Shown: positions 1 through 13,184 of the stretch, one piece after another | Layout of the letters: each line of letters begins with the position of its first letter | How positions within the stretch are numbered: the stretch's first letter is position 1 | NCBI RefSeq assembly: GCF_964355755.1 | Contig: NC_092670.1 | Location: 11,704,795 to 11,768,794 of the forward strand | Length of the DNA stretch: 64,000 nt | Reading direction: 5' to 3' | Origin: Antedon mediterranea | Taxonomy: Eukaryota; Animalia; Echinodermata | Notes under the pieces: model-generated | The model's input: the letters and a program-made list of their open reading frames with translations, nothing else | Databases searched by the model: none | Told to the model about the DNA's origin: nothing | Program-made: the position numbers and the translations under genes

Positions 1-265
1 ATTGGGATTAGTGTTTTCCTCGGGTGCCAATAACAAGTATTTCACTTGCGAAAGAGCTACAGTTACTGTGTAGATGTTACTTTACCCATGCAGAACTCAG
101 ACACAAATGACACTTGTATTCGTTGTGGTTTTTGTCTCATTTGAAAGTAATAAAATGTAGTACTGTACTATGCTATCATTGATTGATACACAATTATGTT
201 TCTATTGCGTTAAGAAGAACAGAATGATAGCTGGAAACATTGTCGGACAAGAATATGATAAGGCT

Positions 266-322
266 AATAATAATGGTAGCCTTATATAGCGCCTAATACA
301 ATGTTTCTAAAGCGCTTTACAC
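266..322 (-). mobile_element. 3' end remnant of a LINE/SINE with (ATT)n tail
   Basis: Minus strand reads GTAAAGCGCTTTAG...GGCGCTATATAAG...ATTATTATT, a stem-loop plus short-repeat tail typical of L2/CR1-derived 3' ends. A similar end lies at about 37090-37160. Confidence 0.4.
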
Positions 323-1616
323 ACAAAAATAATCCATAGAATATCCCAAAATAACCACACACAAAAAAAGCAGAAAAACCATTTACACGGCTCTCTAATT
401 ACGGTATAGGTACTTTCAAAGTAAGATCATTTCTTACACATCATTATCACTATTTATTGAATATGATTTAATATACCAATATGCATGACGTACTAGCATT
501 GTAAAGATTATTACCACCGTGAATGCACCTATGGTAACATCAATTAAGTGTTGTACAACAATTAGTCAATTTAGAATGATTAATAATTGATCGAATTGTG
601 CCCAATCTTCAGATTATTGATTTTTTCCTATAATCAAAAATCATATTTCATTGAATGGACACTAGGTCTAGATTAATTTATTCCTTATTTTTTAAATTTT
701 TATTCGATAGGCGGACCGGCCTTCCGGTTTATGTTTAGAGAGACTTCCTGATGCAAACAGAACTAATAAAATAGTCAATGTATAATTATAGAGAATTAAT
801 AAGTGAATTTTGCTCAAATATGATATTGATTATGTCCTAATCAGAATTGTATTTCATTAATTGGAGTATGTAGGGTAATTTATTTGTTCGTTCTGTGATT
901 TAGTTAATAATAACAATAATTCAAAATTTATTAGTTTCTATCCATGGTAAAGCAATGCAATAATTAAAGAGTGGTAATTTAATGAGATGAGTACACAAAT
1001 ACCATTAATAGAGGATCTTGCGAGAAGAAATTTCTGGTCATGCAAAACCCATAAACGAAGAGAAGAAAATACATTTGTATATAATTATATATAAAATAAA
1101 AAAGGTCATGACAAAAAAAGGTCTAGTTTGAGTACAATGATAATAAATAAACAGTACTTCTTAGGTTATTACCATGGTTAAAATTAGCAGTGTTGAATAA
1201 ATTCATCATGGTAGAAGAAAGATTGTTAGAAAAATATTGAAAGACAATTTGATTATGTGAACTTTCCAGATGCAATACAGTTCGAACTATTAAACTTTTT
1301 AAATATTGAAACATTAGAAATCAAGAAAACATAATATGAACGGGTTGTCGCATTTTTTTTGCACAGAAACAGGTAATCAAATAATAATAAGTAATATACC
1401 TTATACTTGGTTAGTATATTTACTTTACAATACTTTCAAATTGTATCTATTTACCTACTATGAGATTGTCAAATTTGGCATTGGCCTATAAGAATTTAAA
1501 TAACGGAGCAAAGATTGTATATTAATTTGGTAGAAAAAAGTAAGTAAAACTATAGACTATAGAGGGGTAATAATCCTTTACTTTGATGATGCATTCATGC
1601 GTGACTGTGTGAAATC

Positions 1617-4600
1617 ATGGCGAATTTGTTAGGCAGAATTTTTGTAAACATGACTTCAAAGTGCTTGAATCAGGTTCGTATAATTTTCTTTTCATTGCTT
1701 ATGCAATGTTTTGTGAATTTAAGTATACTTTTGTCCATGAAAAACCAATGGGTAGACCTACCCTAGAGCCTAGCCTGACTGTGACTGCCAACTGGACTGG
1801 CCTCACTCACGAGTCGAGACCGGCACCCTCCTACCTAGCCTAGCCTAGGCTTAACTAGCCAGAAAGCCGAAGGGTAGGCTTAACCAAAAAGGCAACATTG
1901 ACTTTTTAGGTTTAGTACGCAATGGGCTGCCGGTTGACCTATGTCATATTATATATAAATTACAATATATAAGTAGGCCGAGCGAGGACCTATTATAAAT
2001 AGAATTAGATGTTATATTAATTAATTGTGAAAATACAGTATAGGCCTAGGCTAGGCCTCTAGTAGGCCTAGGCCTACTGCACTCAGTAGCCCTTTGGTGG
2101 CATATTTATTAATTAATATTCTTTCAGGGGATAATAATATTCAAATATAACTCAAACATACTGTAAAATAAGCCTCTAGGCCTAGTTGATTTTGAACAAA
2201 GAAATCAAGCCACTAAATATAGTAATATACTTGACATTCTATTTTAGGTTGGTACTGTCATCGGACAGCCATTGTTATCAACACAAACAAGTCAGGTGAC
2301 ATCAGTCAGGACACGTTATGTAGATTGGAGAATGTTACGTGATGTCAAACGAAGGCGGCTTGTAAAAGAAATGGGAAGAGAAAGACGCTCCATCAATGTT
2401 CTTAGAAAAAATGATATATTGCCTGCAGAACTACAGGTAAGTCGCATCAGAGTTTGAATCTTAACATTTACGCCCGTATTCTTAAACCGGACTTTAGTCG
2501 TAGTTCAAGCTAAAACTAAAAAAATGACGTCATTTTAATTCATAAACCGAACTTCAACTAAATCACCGACTAAATCAGGCCAACCTCGACTAAATCGAGA
2601 CGGATTTTGATCGATTTTTTGAGTCCTGGAGGGGGCAGACTAAATGGTCAACTAAATGGTTTTTAAACGATGTTTATAAAAAAACGTAACAGTCATTGAA
2701 TTGTTATATTGGCCAGATATTAAAGAATGAAATATCTATATTTATATTAGCTTAATTAAATATACATTGGTATAAATTATAATAATGAAAATCATCTTTA
2801 TTTACAACTGTATACAAATTACATTATTTTCTTCGCGCAAGTCCGACTTGAGCTACGTCACGCCATAGCGACAATGGGAGATGTGGCAATTCACCACGCG
2901 ATGGAATGTTTAGGGGGCCTAGCGCTTTCTTGTCACGCTATGAAGTGCGTGGTTCGTGGCGATCATACTTTGTTGGGGGCCTAGAAAATATAAAAGTTAC
3001 CGTACCGCCATGGTTCCTAAATATATTTTTAAGATTTTATTTTTTGTTAATCAAATATACTTCACTGTTAAATTAATACTGATATTGTTCTAATAATTAA
3101 CGATTAAAATTATTTTTCATGTATATAGTCCTGATGCGTAAAAAGTGTTGTAAGAAATGGAAAGTGATATCAATGCGCAAAATTTCGTCTGCTCCTCAAA
3201 TACTCTCTTGTCATTGGCCAATGTATAGCCTTTGTTACCCAGACGTGTGCAACTCTACTAAAAGCTCGACTTCATTAAGTCGAACTGCAAACTTCGACTA
3301 CTTCGTTTTTGAATCGAATTTGAAGTAATAGCTCGAACTACGACTTTTCCAAGTCGAACTTCGAACTACGACTAAAGTCCGGTTTAAGAATACGGGCGTT
3401 AAATACAGAAGCACCCCAAGGTTTCTAGAATCCACCTTGTCTTTCTGTAGCATCCATTTGACAAATTTAAGGTGCATACTCATACATAGTATGAACACTG
3501 AGTATAAATATTAGTAATCTTATACTTAGTATAAGATTACTAGTATTTGTATTCAGTGTTGTCCCAAAGCAGGTTTAGCTAACAAGATTTGCCAGTTACG
3601 GTAGCTCCAACCAGTACTGTATATTAAAAATAGTGATAAGATAAGATAAGATAAGATAAGATAACTTTTATTGATCCTCAAAAAGGAAATTCATTGCTCG
3701 TCATAATAACAAAGAAAACACAATAAAAACAAATATAGCATAAAACCATTCATATAAAAACATCTAAAAAATTACAATATAAAATTATCTTCTTGACTTC
3801 CTGTTGTACTGGATGATACCGGAGGGAATAAAGGATTTAGCAAATCGATTTGTTTTCACACTGAGGAGCCTCAATCTACCACTTGGATTAAGTTGGTCTA
3901 TGATCACTTTGTGGAGAGGATGAGAGGCATCCGACTCAATGCGTTCGAAATCTTTCTGGAGGTGTTCTAGGTGCACATCGGTAAAGGAAGGCAGTTCCAG
4001 ACCAATCATTTTACCAGCCCGACGGATGAAAGTTTCAAGGCGTCCTTTATTCCCTCCGGTAACATTACCAGCCCAACAGGAGAGGCAATACGTCCAAACA
4101 CTACATATAACGGATCTATAGAACGAAAGTAACATCAAATCACAGGAGTTAAATTTATATAAAGTTCTCATACAATACATTCTGGGACTTAATTTTTTGC
4201 TGATGAAGTCTATATGGTCTCCCCAACTCAGTTTATCATTGAAAACAATTCCTAGATACTTGTACTGGTCAACAATTTCAATTTCTTTACCTTTGATAGT
4301 GATTGGTTGAAAATTAAATTTATGTTTAGTCCTAAAATCAATGATCATCTCCTTTGTTTTTGATGCATTTATTTGGAGATAATTATCGTCACAAAATTTA
4401 ACAAATCTTTGTATTTCGCTACGATAATTTTCATCATTGTTTGAAACTATGAGACCAATAGTACTAGTGTCATCAGCGAATTTAACAACGGGGCAAAGCT
4501 CATCATTTAAAGATCTGTAATCCGCCGTATACAAGGAATATAATTTAGGTGCGTTGACAGTACCCTGAGGAACACCGGTGTCAGAGGTTACGATTTCTGA

Positions 4601-5671
4601 CTTAACACCATTAATATTAACAAATTGTTTTCTATCACAAATGAAATTTAAAACTAAACGAACAATCGGACGGGGAAACTCCATATTCAACATTTTGTCT
4701 GCTAAGATATGGGGTTGTATGGTATTAAACGCAGATTGAAAATCAAAATACATAATACGTGCCGAGTGGCCTTTCTTTACATTATCTAGATGTGAATACA
4801 ATTTATGTAATTTGAAATAAATTGCATCACTGGTACTACGGAGTGATCGGTAAGCAAATTGCAACGGGTCTAACACTTTTTCAGCATAAGGTTGCATAAT
4901 TTTTAAAATAATACGTTCCAATATTTTCATCGCGACAGACGTGAGTGCAACGGGTCTCAAATCATTCATGCTGTTAATCTTAGGTTTCTTAGGTACCGGT
5001 ATTATGCATGAAAGTTTCCAAATATCCGGAGATAAGAAAATTATAAATGAAAATTCTTGTCTATTAAGTTATAGCCCTAGCCTTTAAATACAAGAGTAAT
5101 CAGGCTGATTACTCTGATTCAGCCTATATTTTGTAAATTGGATTGATAAAGTACAATGTACTTTTTTTGTATTCAGTGATAAATCTTACATTAACAGATC
5201 ACTTATGATTTGGTAGGCCTACTGTACTTTCACTTAATTGTCCGGAATTGATTTCTCTATTGGGAGAACACTGAAGTAGTCTATCAAATAGAAATCATAA
5301 TTTCATCTGTCAAAGAAAGGAATGAAAATTTATTGCATCTGGAAAAAAAAATGACTTCAGAAAGTGCTATATTTGTTGATCTCAATTTTACTTTTTCCAA
5401 TAATGAAACTCATTTTATGTTACATTTTGTGTTTAGTAAATAATAATAATTTATGCATCCATTCTAATTAGTGGTGTTAATTTTCCAGGAAGTAGCACAT
5501 CGAGAAGTAATAGCCTTGCCACGAGACAGCAACTACATTCGTATACGTCACAGATGTGGGTTAACATCAAGAGCACGTTCTGTCCAACATAGGTGGAGAC
5601 TTAGTAGAATTATGTGGAGACAAATAGCAGATGGAAATCACATGGCAGGGGTCATCAGAGCGTGGTGGTGA
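1617..5671 (+). CDS. MRPS14: Mitochondrial ribosomal protein S14 (uS14m), 3 exons, 142 aa
   Basis: Exons 1617-1673 ([19 protein letters not shown], transit-peptide-like, least certain), 2248-2436 ([13 protein letters not shown]...[11 protein letters not shown]) and 5489-5671 (LPRDS...[10 protein letters not shown]...[10 protein letters not shown]...RAWW*). GT-AG introns, all phase 0. Motifs match the S14 family. Confidence 0.93.
2471..3398. mobile_element. Non-autonomous PIF/Harbinger-like MITE in MRPS14 intron 2
   Basis: 36-bp terminal inverted repeat CGCCCGTATTCTTAAACCGGACTTTAGTCGTAGTTC at both ends. TTA target duplication at 2468-2470 and 3399-3401. No transposase ORF. Confidence 0.85.
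3494..3560. repeat. 67-bp near-perfect palindrome
   Basis: 33-bp arms (3494-3526, 3528-3560) around one base, with 3 mismatches. Confidence 0.85.
3641..5030 (-). mobile_element. 5'-truncated Rex1/Babar-type non-LTR retrotransposon (RT ORF 3785-4969)
   Basis: RT motifs [43 protein letters not shown], and C-terminal SHPLH...RFAKSFIP. (CTTAT)n tail at about 3635-3663. GATAAGA flanks both ends (3635-3641, 5031-5037). Confidence 0.9.
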
Positions 5672-5867
5672 GGTCTAACTGCACTTATCACACATTATTG
5701 CAATGATTAATCAAGTTCATTATTGGATCTGATACTAACGCTTCTGTTGGCAATTTAAGACTAAGAAGACATTCTAAAATATTAATATCAAGTGATACCA
5801 CTGATTACTCACCTGTATACTGTATGGCAAAGCATACTAAATGCTTTGGTGTCATGAGTAAAATTGA

Positions 5868-6131
5868 ATGGTGACCAGAGTAACATTGACTGGTGACCAG
5901 AGTAACATTGAATGGTGACCAGAGTAACATTGAATGGTGCGTATAGTAACATTGAATGGTGCCTAGGGTAACATTGAATGGTGCGTATAGTAACATTGAA
6001 CGGTGACCAGAGTAAAATTGAACGGTGACCAGAGTAACATTGACTGGTGACCAGAGTAACATTGAATGGTGCCTATAGTAACATTGAATGGTGCTTAAAG
6101 TAACATTGATAATTGCCCAGAGTAACATTGA
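5868..6131. repeat. 22-bp minisatellite, about 12 copies
   Basis: Unit GGTGACCAGAGTAACATTGA(A/C)T with variants GGTGC(G/C)TATAGTAACATTGAAT. Accounts for the spurious ORF 5805-6170. Confidence 0.9.
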
Positions 6132-6320
6132 TAATAAACAGATTGTAGTGATAATTTTCATACAATGCAAAAAAAATGTTTATCAAATAAATTTGATTCT
6201 ATTAAATGTAATTAATTAATTTCTCCATAAAATTCTCTTGAATTTAGTAGGAAAAAACAGTAGTCATAAAAAAAAAGCCAATAGGCAGGATATAATTGCT
6301 CTTATATATCTTCAATATAT

Positions 6321-8632
6321 TTAGCGAGGAACTGCACAAACTCTAAATGGAGCAGGTGAAAGAGTGAGTCCATTTATGCCCACAAGACTAGGTTTTGGGT
6401 CTTCTTCTGGGATTTTAAAATTAAACTCCTGCATTATCTTTGACAATATAACAATAATTGTAGACATAGCGATCTTTTCACCAACACAACATCTTTTACC
6501 TGAAAAAAGAAATAATAACATGTTATGTATGACAATTGTAATATAATTGTTGGAGAGGTTTTAGACTGTATTGAGACTCTACTCGTTTGTTGTACTTATA
6601 CAATACAATAATACTACAGGAACAAAATTAAACATATGTAACAATTTATCTATAGATCTGTCAATTCACAATTTGTGTTGTGTAAATTCCTACCTAAACC
6701 AAATGGCATGAATGCTTTTGAAGAAATTACGGTCTTCTTTTCAACCGAAAGAAATCGTTCTGGCCTAAAGTTAGTTGGATCATTCCAGTACTGCTCATCA
6801 TGGTGTACAGCCCATAAGTTCGCAAACACCCAAGAATCATGAGGAAACAAGTGGCCTTGAATTGACATTGGCTTTGATACCTTCCGAGGTAGTCCAAGCG
6901 GCGAAACGTTGGCATGGCGCAAAACTTCCATTATAGTTGCCTGAGTATATGGCAGTTTCTCATAATAAGATTGTAGCGTTAGTAGTTGATGCTGTCGTGT
7001 TACATCATCCACTTCCCTTTTAATCTAAAAAAGACAGATTCATTATTGTTTTTTAAAGTACACAGACTTCTGTTAGTATGAACACATTTCTGTCAATATA
7101 TAGAATTTTCAGTCAGTATGAATGTCTGTCTGTCAATATGGACAAACTTCTGTCAATATGGACAAACTTCTGTCATAACCAACACAATTCTGTCATGTGT
7201 AAATATAAATACATTTCTGTCAAACTGACAGTCAAGTCAACTTTTTTCAAGATGAAAACAATTCTGTCAACAGGAACAAACGTCTGTCAATATCAACAAA
7301 CAAAGATGATTAAACTCAGTCAAAGATGAAAACAAATTCTGTCAAAGGAAACAAACTTCTGTCAATATCAAACGTCTTTCAAGATGATAAACTCAGTCAA
7401 GATGAAGGAGGAACTGTAATTAAAATGACAAATGTTTGAAATATTTCACTTACAGCTTTTTGCTGCTCTGTGTATTGTGTCATGTAAAGTATTGACCATT
7501 CTAGAGCAGTACTTGTTGTGTCAGTTCCCGATGCAAACATATCAATAATTGCTCTTCTTACACGGGTTTCAGTTCTTTTGTTTGGTACTCTGTCAAGTTC
7601 TACTTCATCTGTTAAGAAAGCGTCAATCAGATCTCGAACGTTGATTGGGTCATAACTTTCAATATGTTGAGAGATTTCTCCATCTATGAAATCCGTGAAA
7701 CTCGTAGCAAGATTTCGAAAATTGCTATACAAAGGTGTGTAATATAAAAACGGTAGAAAATGGCCAATTGTTGTACCAGAAACACTTTTACCTAATGCTT
7801 GTAAATTACTAAGAAGCGATCGAAAGTTGTCATCGTCGTATTCGAAACGATGCCCAAAACACAATGCACACAACACGTTTGACACTGCCATATTGATTGG
7901 TTGGCAAACATCAATAGCTGCTCCATTATGTTGCCTTATAAGGTCACAGAGTTTTCCACTCTCGAAATTAAGTAACTTTATCAACTTTTGTTGTTTGAAA
8001 TCGTGTAGGAATCGCAAAACAAATTTTCTTGTCTCTTTCCATTTTTCTCCATTTTCCCAAAGCAAACTACCTATAGAAATAAGCATTTAGAAACATTACT
8101 TTCTCATGTTCTTTATTAGGAATGTAATTTGTTTTACTAAGTAAAGATCCCAGTAAGAGAAGTTTACTTGGGGAATCCTTCAACATCCTTGTTTAACCCA
8201 ATACCTTCGCCCATCCAGTATAGACTGTAGATTACAATATGCTAGTACACAGAGCATTCAATAATTCAATAGCTTACCGTCATTAGAAAATGCAGCTTTC
8301 AATAAACCAGGAGCAGGTCTGTTCAAAATACCCCCACTTTTAGTAAAAGCTGACTCAATAGATTGCAAATCATTTAACACCACAACATTCATAGGTCCCA
8401 ACTTAACTCCAATCACTGATCCGTATGTCTTTGCCCATTTAGTGAAGGTGACATGCGCATTACGATCTATGCTTAAAGCGTTCCCAAAGATTGGCCACCG
8501 TTTAGGCCCAGGAATATGTGTTGTTGTCGAACCCTTGCTTGCATTCATACACAAAAGGCACACGCATGCGGCTATCAGTATCACTAGTAAGCCTGGTGAA
8601 AACCAGGAGCCTACAAGTACAATCGTTTCCAT
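6321..8632 (-). CDS. Cytochrome P450, clan 2-like, 4 exons, about 493 aa
   Basis: Exons 8632-8278, 8070-7454, 7024-6694 and 6499-6321 total 1482 nt with consistent phases. Motifs: N-terminal membrane anchor, PGPKRWPIFGN, WKETR, I-helix FASGTDTT, EVLR, PERF, heme motif FGLGKRCCVG. Confidence 0.93.
7060..7405. repeat. Degenerate ~20-bp tandem repeat in CYP intron 2
   Basis: Recurrent ACAAACTTCTGTCAATAT and AAACTCAGTCAA(A)GATGAA units. Confidence 0.7.
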
Positions 8633-8852
8633 ATCTTAGCCTTTCTATAGTATTTGTTATGTTGATTGATTACAATGATTGATTGCAATGATCATAGTAC
8701 AAATCAAAGTAATGCAGACTTTACTGTTTTTGTAACGCATTGAAGCGTTAACATGTACCGGACCTCTATAGTCTGTTTTCCACTAACCGAATTTATTCGG
8801 GCGAATCGGTACAGTGTTAGAAACGGTTTCGATCCAACTCGGCCCTAAACCG

Positions 8853-10876
8853 CAGGCCCGTAACCAGGGGGGGGGGGGGGGATCGGGGGGATCGTACGAT
8901 CCCCCCCGCTGAACAGCGAGTTCCGCTTGGCCTCCCACTTTTTTTTTGCTGGGCATACTAACACAACACGACGATTGTTCACTACAGGCCTAGTCAAGCC
9001 TTAATAAATTAAATTAATATATATATATATATATATTTTAACTAAAATATAAAAACCTAACACTAAAATTTACAAGATAAGTTCTATTTCATAACTGCTG
9101 AACATCGTGGTTCTGGAGCTAGCGAGCTGTACACAGAGCATAGTTGTTGTTTGGTTGACATAACAGGGTATTCCCCTACACAGGTCTCCGCGTGCGTGTG
9201 TGACGTGCCCAGCCAGCTGCTTGATAGAGAAAGCATGCAGCTCACACGGACGCAAGTGCAAGATGCAATGGTTGAGTGAATTCAGGAATCATCTTAATTC
9301 CATGGTTTTTTACCTAAACACCACATGATGGTGAATATGCCTGTTAAAGTCTCAATGATACGATCCCTAATGTACCATGTTGTTGCGAGGAGGCTTGAAA
9401 GGAGGAGGGATCTAGCCTAATTTCGGTCGGCAAGAGAATGCCGTCCTCTGACAATATAAGGTCGGCAATATTAAGGTCGGCAATTGAAATTTGTGGGCTG
9501 GAAATTACACCAACAATATAGTTCATAAACAAAAGAGAATAGCCGGAAATGCGATTTGCGGCCATAGGCCTATAGAGAAAAAAAATTCGAGGGTATGGTT
9601 CCAGTGGCGGATCTAGCGGGGGCGTATTTTTTTTTTAATTAAATAGATTTTAAAAACACGTATCGTTTCGACGGTCATCAATCACCGATGGTTTGCACAT
9701 TTTCATAGTGAAAATAGTACGTCGGAGCACATCGTCAGCTTGATCGCATTCCACCAAGCATGTACGTCGACATCCTTTGTGTGTAAAAGGAGCAAGTTGA
9801 TAAAAGCCACGTGGTGAGCTTGGTCGCGTTCCACTAAGCAGGCGGCATCCTTTGTGATCGTCACTCCCGCATTGTAGAGTAGCGGTACCTCAGACGATCA
9901 ATAGAGTTGATGAAGCCACATGGTCAGTGCTACTATACTACGCGCCCATTTATTAAGTACAATAAAAACAAAGGCTAGGACTGTATGCCTATGAAAATTA
10001 TCCCGTTAGGGCTAAATTTTATAACGTATTACTATTAAAATATTAACAATGCTGCAGCATTTCATGACCCTTGTTGTTTTATTTGATTTCCCGTCGATGA
10101 TTCTCATAAACACATCGCGATGACATCATGACAAAAGAGGTGTTTTGTTTTTTTCAAATCACTAAATATAATGTAATCGAGCCGGACCGCTAATTTTTAA
10201 ACGATCGTTTAAACCAGGTCGTTGAATATGCCGTGATTTTAATTGTCAAAAACATGACCGTCAGCAGTCGATGGCTCGGAGTTTCGATAAATCTGTCGTC
10301 GCATGTGTTGCGTGGTGAAAACACTCTCAGCAAGTTTGCTTCATTAATATGCATGAGACTCTGTGACGACCCGCTTTAACGTGACGTAATTTTACTTTAG
10401 CTGCATGCGAAGTATAGTGACCGCGATCGACCCGGCGCGCGTGTAAAAAAATAATACCGGCCTAGACTAGGGCAAGTTTATAATAATATAAAGGTGAAAA
10501 ACATTGTCGCGTTGTAAAAATTTAGATGTAAAGTACAGGCAAGTTGTTAGCTTGCTTTTGGTACCCTAGGTAAGTATCAGCTGCATATTCCACATGTCGT
10601 AATTTGCGAGCTTTAGAGTGTTTGGTAAATGACATTATGAATTGTTTGTAAATCGTTTTAAACGACTTACAATGCGCTAGAATGCCAAAATTTCCAGGGG
10701 CCGTCGGCCCCTGGATCCCGACCGGGGGCCCTTGGCGGCCCCCTGGCCCCCAGCCAATGTTTGCTCGCTTCGCTCGCAAAGCTACGCCACCCCTATTTCA
10801 ATATCCTGGATCCTCCCCTGGGTTCCACTAAACAACTTAACGATCCACCCCGCCGTCAAACCTGGTTACGGCCCTG
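8853..10876. mobile_element. Non-autonomous TIR element with 5-bp TSD (hAT5-like)
   Basis: TIRs CAGGCCCGTAACCAGG and CCTGGTTACGGCCCTG. TSD AACCG at 8848-8852 and 10877-10881. The uninterrupted site is visible in the opposite arm of the host element (~12860-12880). Confidence 0.85.
9602..10820. mobile_element. Second nested TIR element with 5-bp TSD
   Basis: Imperfect TIRs CAGTGGCGGATCTAG and CTGGATCCTCCCCTG. TSD GGTTC at 9597-9601 and 10821-10825. Confidence 0.75.
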
Positions 10877-11714
10877 AACCGTCTCGGCCAAAGTCAAGTC
10901 GGCCCCAAGTCAACTCGGCCCCACGTCACCTCGGCCCCACATCAACTCGGCCCCACGTCAACTCGGCCTCAAGTCAACTCGGCCTCACGTCAACTCGGCC
11001 AAAAACTAATCCGTCAACTCGGCCTCTAAAAACTATGAAACGCAAAAAGTGCTAATATAGTAGTTAATATTATAATGGCAGGATATAGTACGGTTATGCC
11101 TACATAATAGACGAAATACAACGGAAAATTCAATATAAATGATTATATAATATTAATTGATAGGTAGTATTTATTTATATTGTTTGAAACAAACAAATAT
11201 TTCTTCACATTTTGTATACAGGAATCTGTCGAAGAAGACATTAAAAAAAATAATATTTAAACAATATACTTCGGTCTACAACTGTATATACATCAATATA
11301 AAAAGAATAAAATGACATTAAAATCAAAACAAATCAAAAGGCAAGAAAACAAATTGCATAAGCATTATGGGTATAGGTTACGCACACACACCCCAGACAT
11401 GAATGTGCATTATTTTCAAATAGGCCTTACGGTTTTTTTTGTATGACATTTTTATTTTCATTTCGTTTAGTACTTCATAATTATTCATAATTAATACAGT
11501 ACACCATGGGAAGAGAGAAATTTGCTTCCATAACAGTCCATAGGGAAGTGATTGTGATTTTATTGTATTTAATTATGGATTCATGGAATTTGTCATGGTG
11601 TGTGTTGTTATACAGTACTATCATCGGGAATCTTGTGTCCCGTTTTGTAATATCATCTTTAATTAAACTAAAAAGAATAATTTCTTCCTCACTATCATCC
11701 GATGATCATCCAGA

Positions 11715-11857
11715 AACGGCTGCTATTTTAACGTCACGTCACAAAACGGAACAGGTGTGAATGTTTAAAACGGAACGGTGAACGGGCGCGCGTCACGTTG
11801 AAAAAACGGCGCCGTCCGCGAAACGGAACAGGTACGGACGGTGGGAATGCCCCTTTA
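11715..11857. mobile_element. Single end of a Harbinger-like MITE
   Basis: AACGGAAC subterminal repeats ending in GGTGGGAATGCCCCTTTA. Partner end not found. Confidence 0.4.
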
Positions 11858-13184
11858 GGTGATCAATTTTATTGAACAATACAGGGCGCGGTGGGTGTTA
11901 AAAAACAGATGAGAATGCAAAGGCAATATTATGTTGTTTAGGAATTCCGTTGTTTTGGAATCAAACAATATGTTTTAGTTTTTGCTTGACAAAATAAAAA
12001 TACGCCATTTTTTCATGATGATTTCTTCAGTGTGTTTTAGATTAGTTTTTATGCTTGACAAAATAAAAATACACCATTTATTCATGATGATTTCTTCAGT
12101 GTGTTTTAGATTAATTTCCCATAAATGTATTCATTGGATTCTCCATTATAATCAAATAACAAAAGTAATAAAACAATTTGAATAGCGCACAATTGCAATA
12201 GAAATTTAACATGACAGAACATTCCGAATTTGTTTCCATAATCTCTTCGGTAGTTTGATTGACATCGTCAATAAATGTGTGAAAAGATTTTGTTACTGTA
12301 ATATACCATTTTAATGTCACATATAGTTATTCACTTTGACCGTGACATATTGCTAATAATTTGAGAGAGAATATATACAAAAAAAAAACCCATTTTTATT
12401 TTACTGTATTAATCTAATAATATCTATATAATATATAGGCCTTCTAAGAATATTTGCGATTATTTCTGGGAACATCCTCAAAATAGATCTAACAAACACA
12501 TTACTGAGGGTTCTTACTGAGACAAACCAACCAACAATATAAATAAAAATTACCTATCAATTAAACGAAAAACGATCAGCCAGTGTGTTATAATTTACAT
12601 TGAAATTTCCGTTTTATTTCGTCTATTATATAGGCCTAACCGTACATATCCTGCCATTGTAATAAATGAACTACTATATTAGCACTTTTTGCATTCCATA
12701 CTTTTTAAAGGCCGAGTTGACGGATTAGTTTTTGGCCGAGTTGACTTTAGGCCGAGTTGACTTGAGGCCGAGTTGACGTGAGGCCGAATTGACTTGAGGC
12801 CGAGTTGACTTGAGGCCGACTTGACTTGGGGCCGACTTGACGTGGGGCCGACTTGACTTTGGCCGAGACGGTTTAGGGCCGAGTTGACCTGCACCCGTAG
12901 AGGTAGGCGTAAAATTAGGATGCAATGCCTTATTTGTTATTCTATACATGAGATTGGACGAGGAAGAAGAATTGTGTTGCCTTATTGACTGTCCTAAAAT
13001 GTACAGGAAACATCTAAAAAATCTATTTATAGCTATTAGCTTTTTTCTACAGGTTCATTTGGCCGGTCAGTATTTCAACTCGTCCCGTGGCTCTAATACA
13101 GAGCTTTCGAGCAGACGCTGTATTTTACAACGAAAGCAGTGTTGTTAGCAACCGCCGTAGACCTCTTCTTTCGAGATCAAAAAG

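Larger units (their letters stand above)
8824..12897. mobile_element. Foldback-like non-autonomous DNA element with ~350-bp inverted arms containing CAACTCGGCC tandem units
   Basis: Left arm (8824-8852 plus 10882-~11185) is the reverse complement of the right arm (~12530-12897). The left arm is split by a nested insertion. No clear TSD, so superfamily is unresolved (MULE-like by appearance). Confidence 0.75.

Noticed and set aside
705-750. CTTCCGG and ACTTCCTG ETS/GABP-like motifs as an MRPS14 promoter
   Set aside because: Short motifs about 900 bp from the inferred ATG, with no TSS evidence.
1760-2185. Dense TAGGCCTA/CCTAG motifs in MRPS14 intron 1
   Set aside because: The same motif is scattered across the whole window. 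It looks like a genome-wide compositional feature rather than a discrete element.
5805-6170. 121-aa ORF with repeated HHSMLL, and a repeat array superficially like CRISPR
   Set aside because: Translation of the 22-bp minisatellite. No unique spacers, no cas genes, eukaryotic context.
10732-12949. Pro/Ser/Arg-rich ORFs at 10732-11055, 12679-12894 and 12725-12949
   Set aside because: Translations of the CAACTCGGCC tandem units in the foldback arms.
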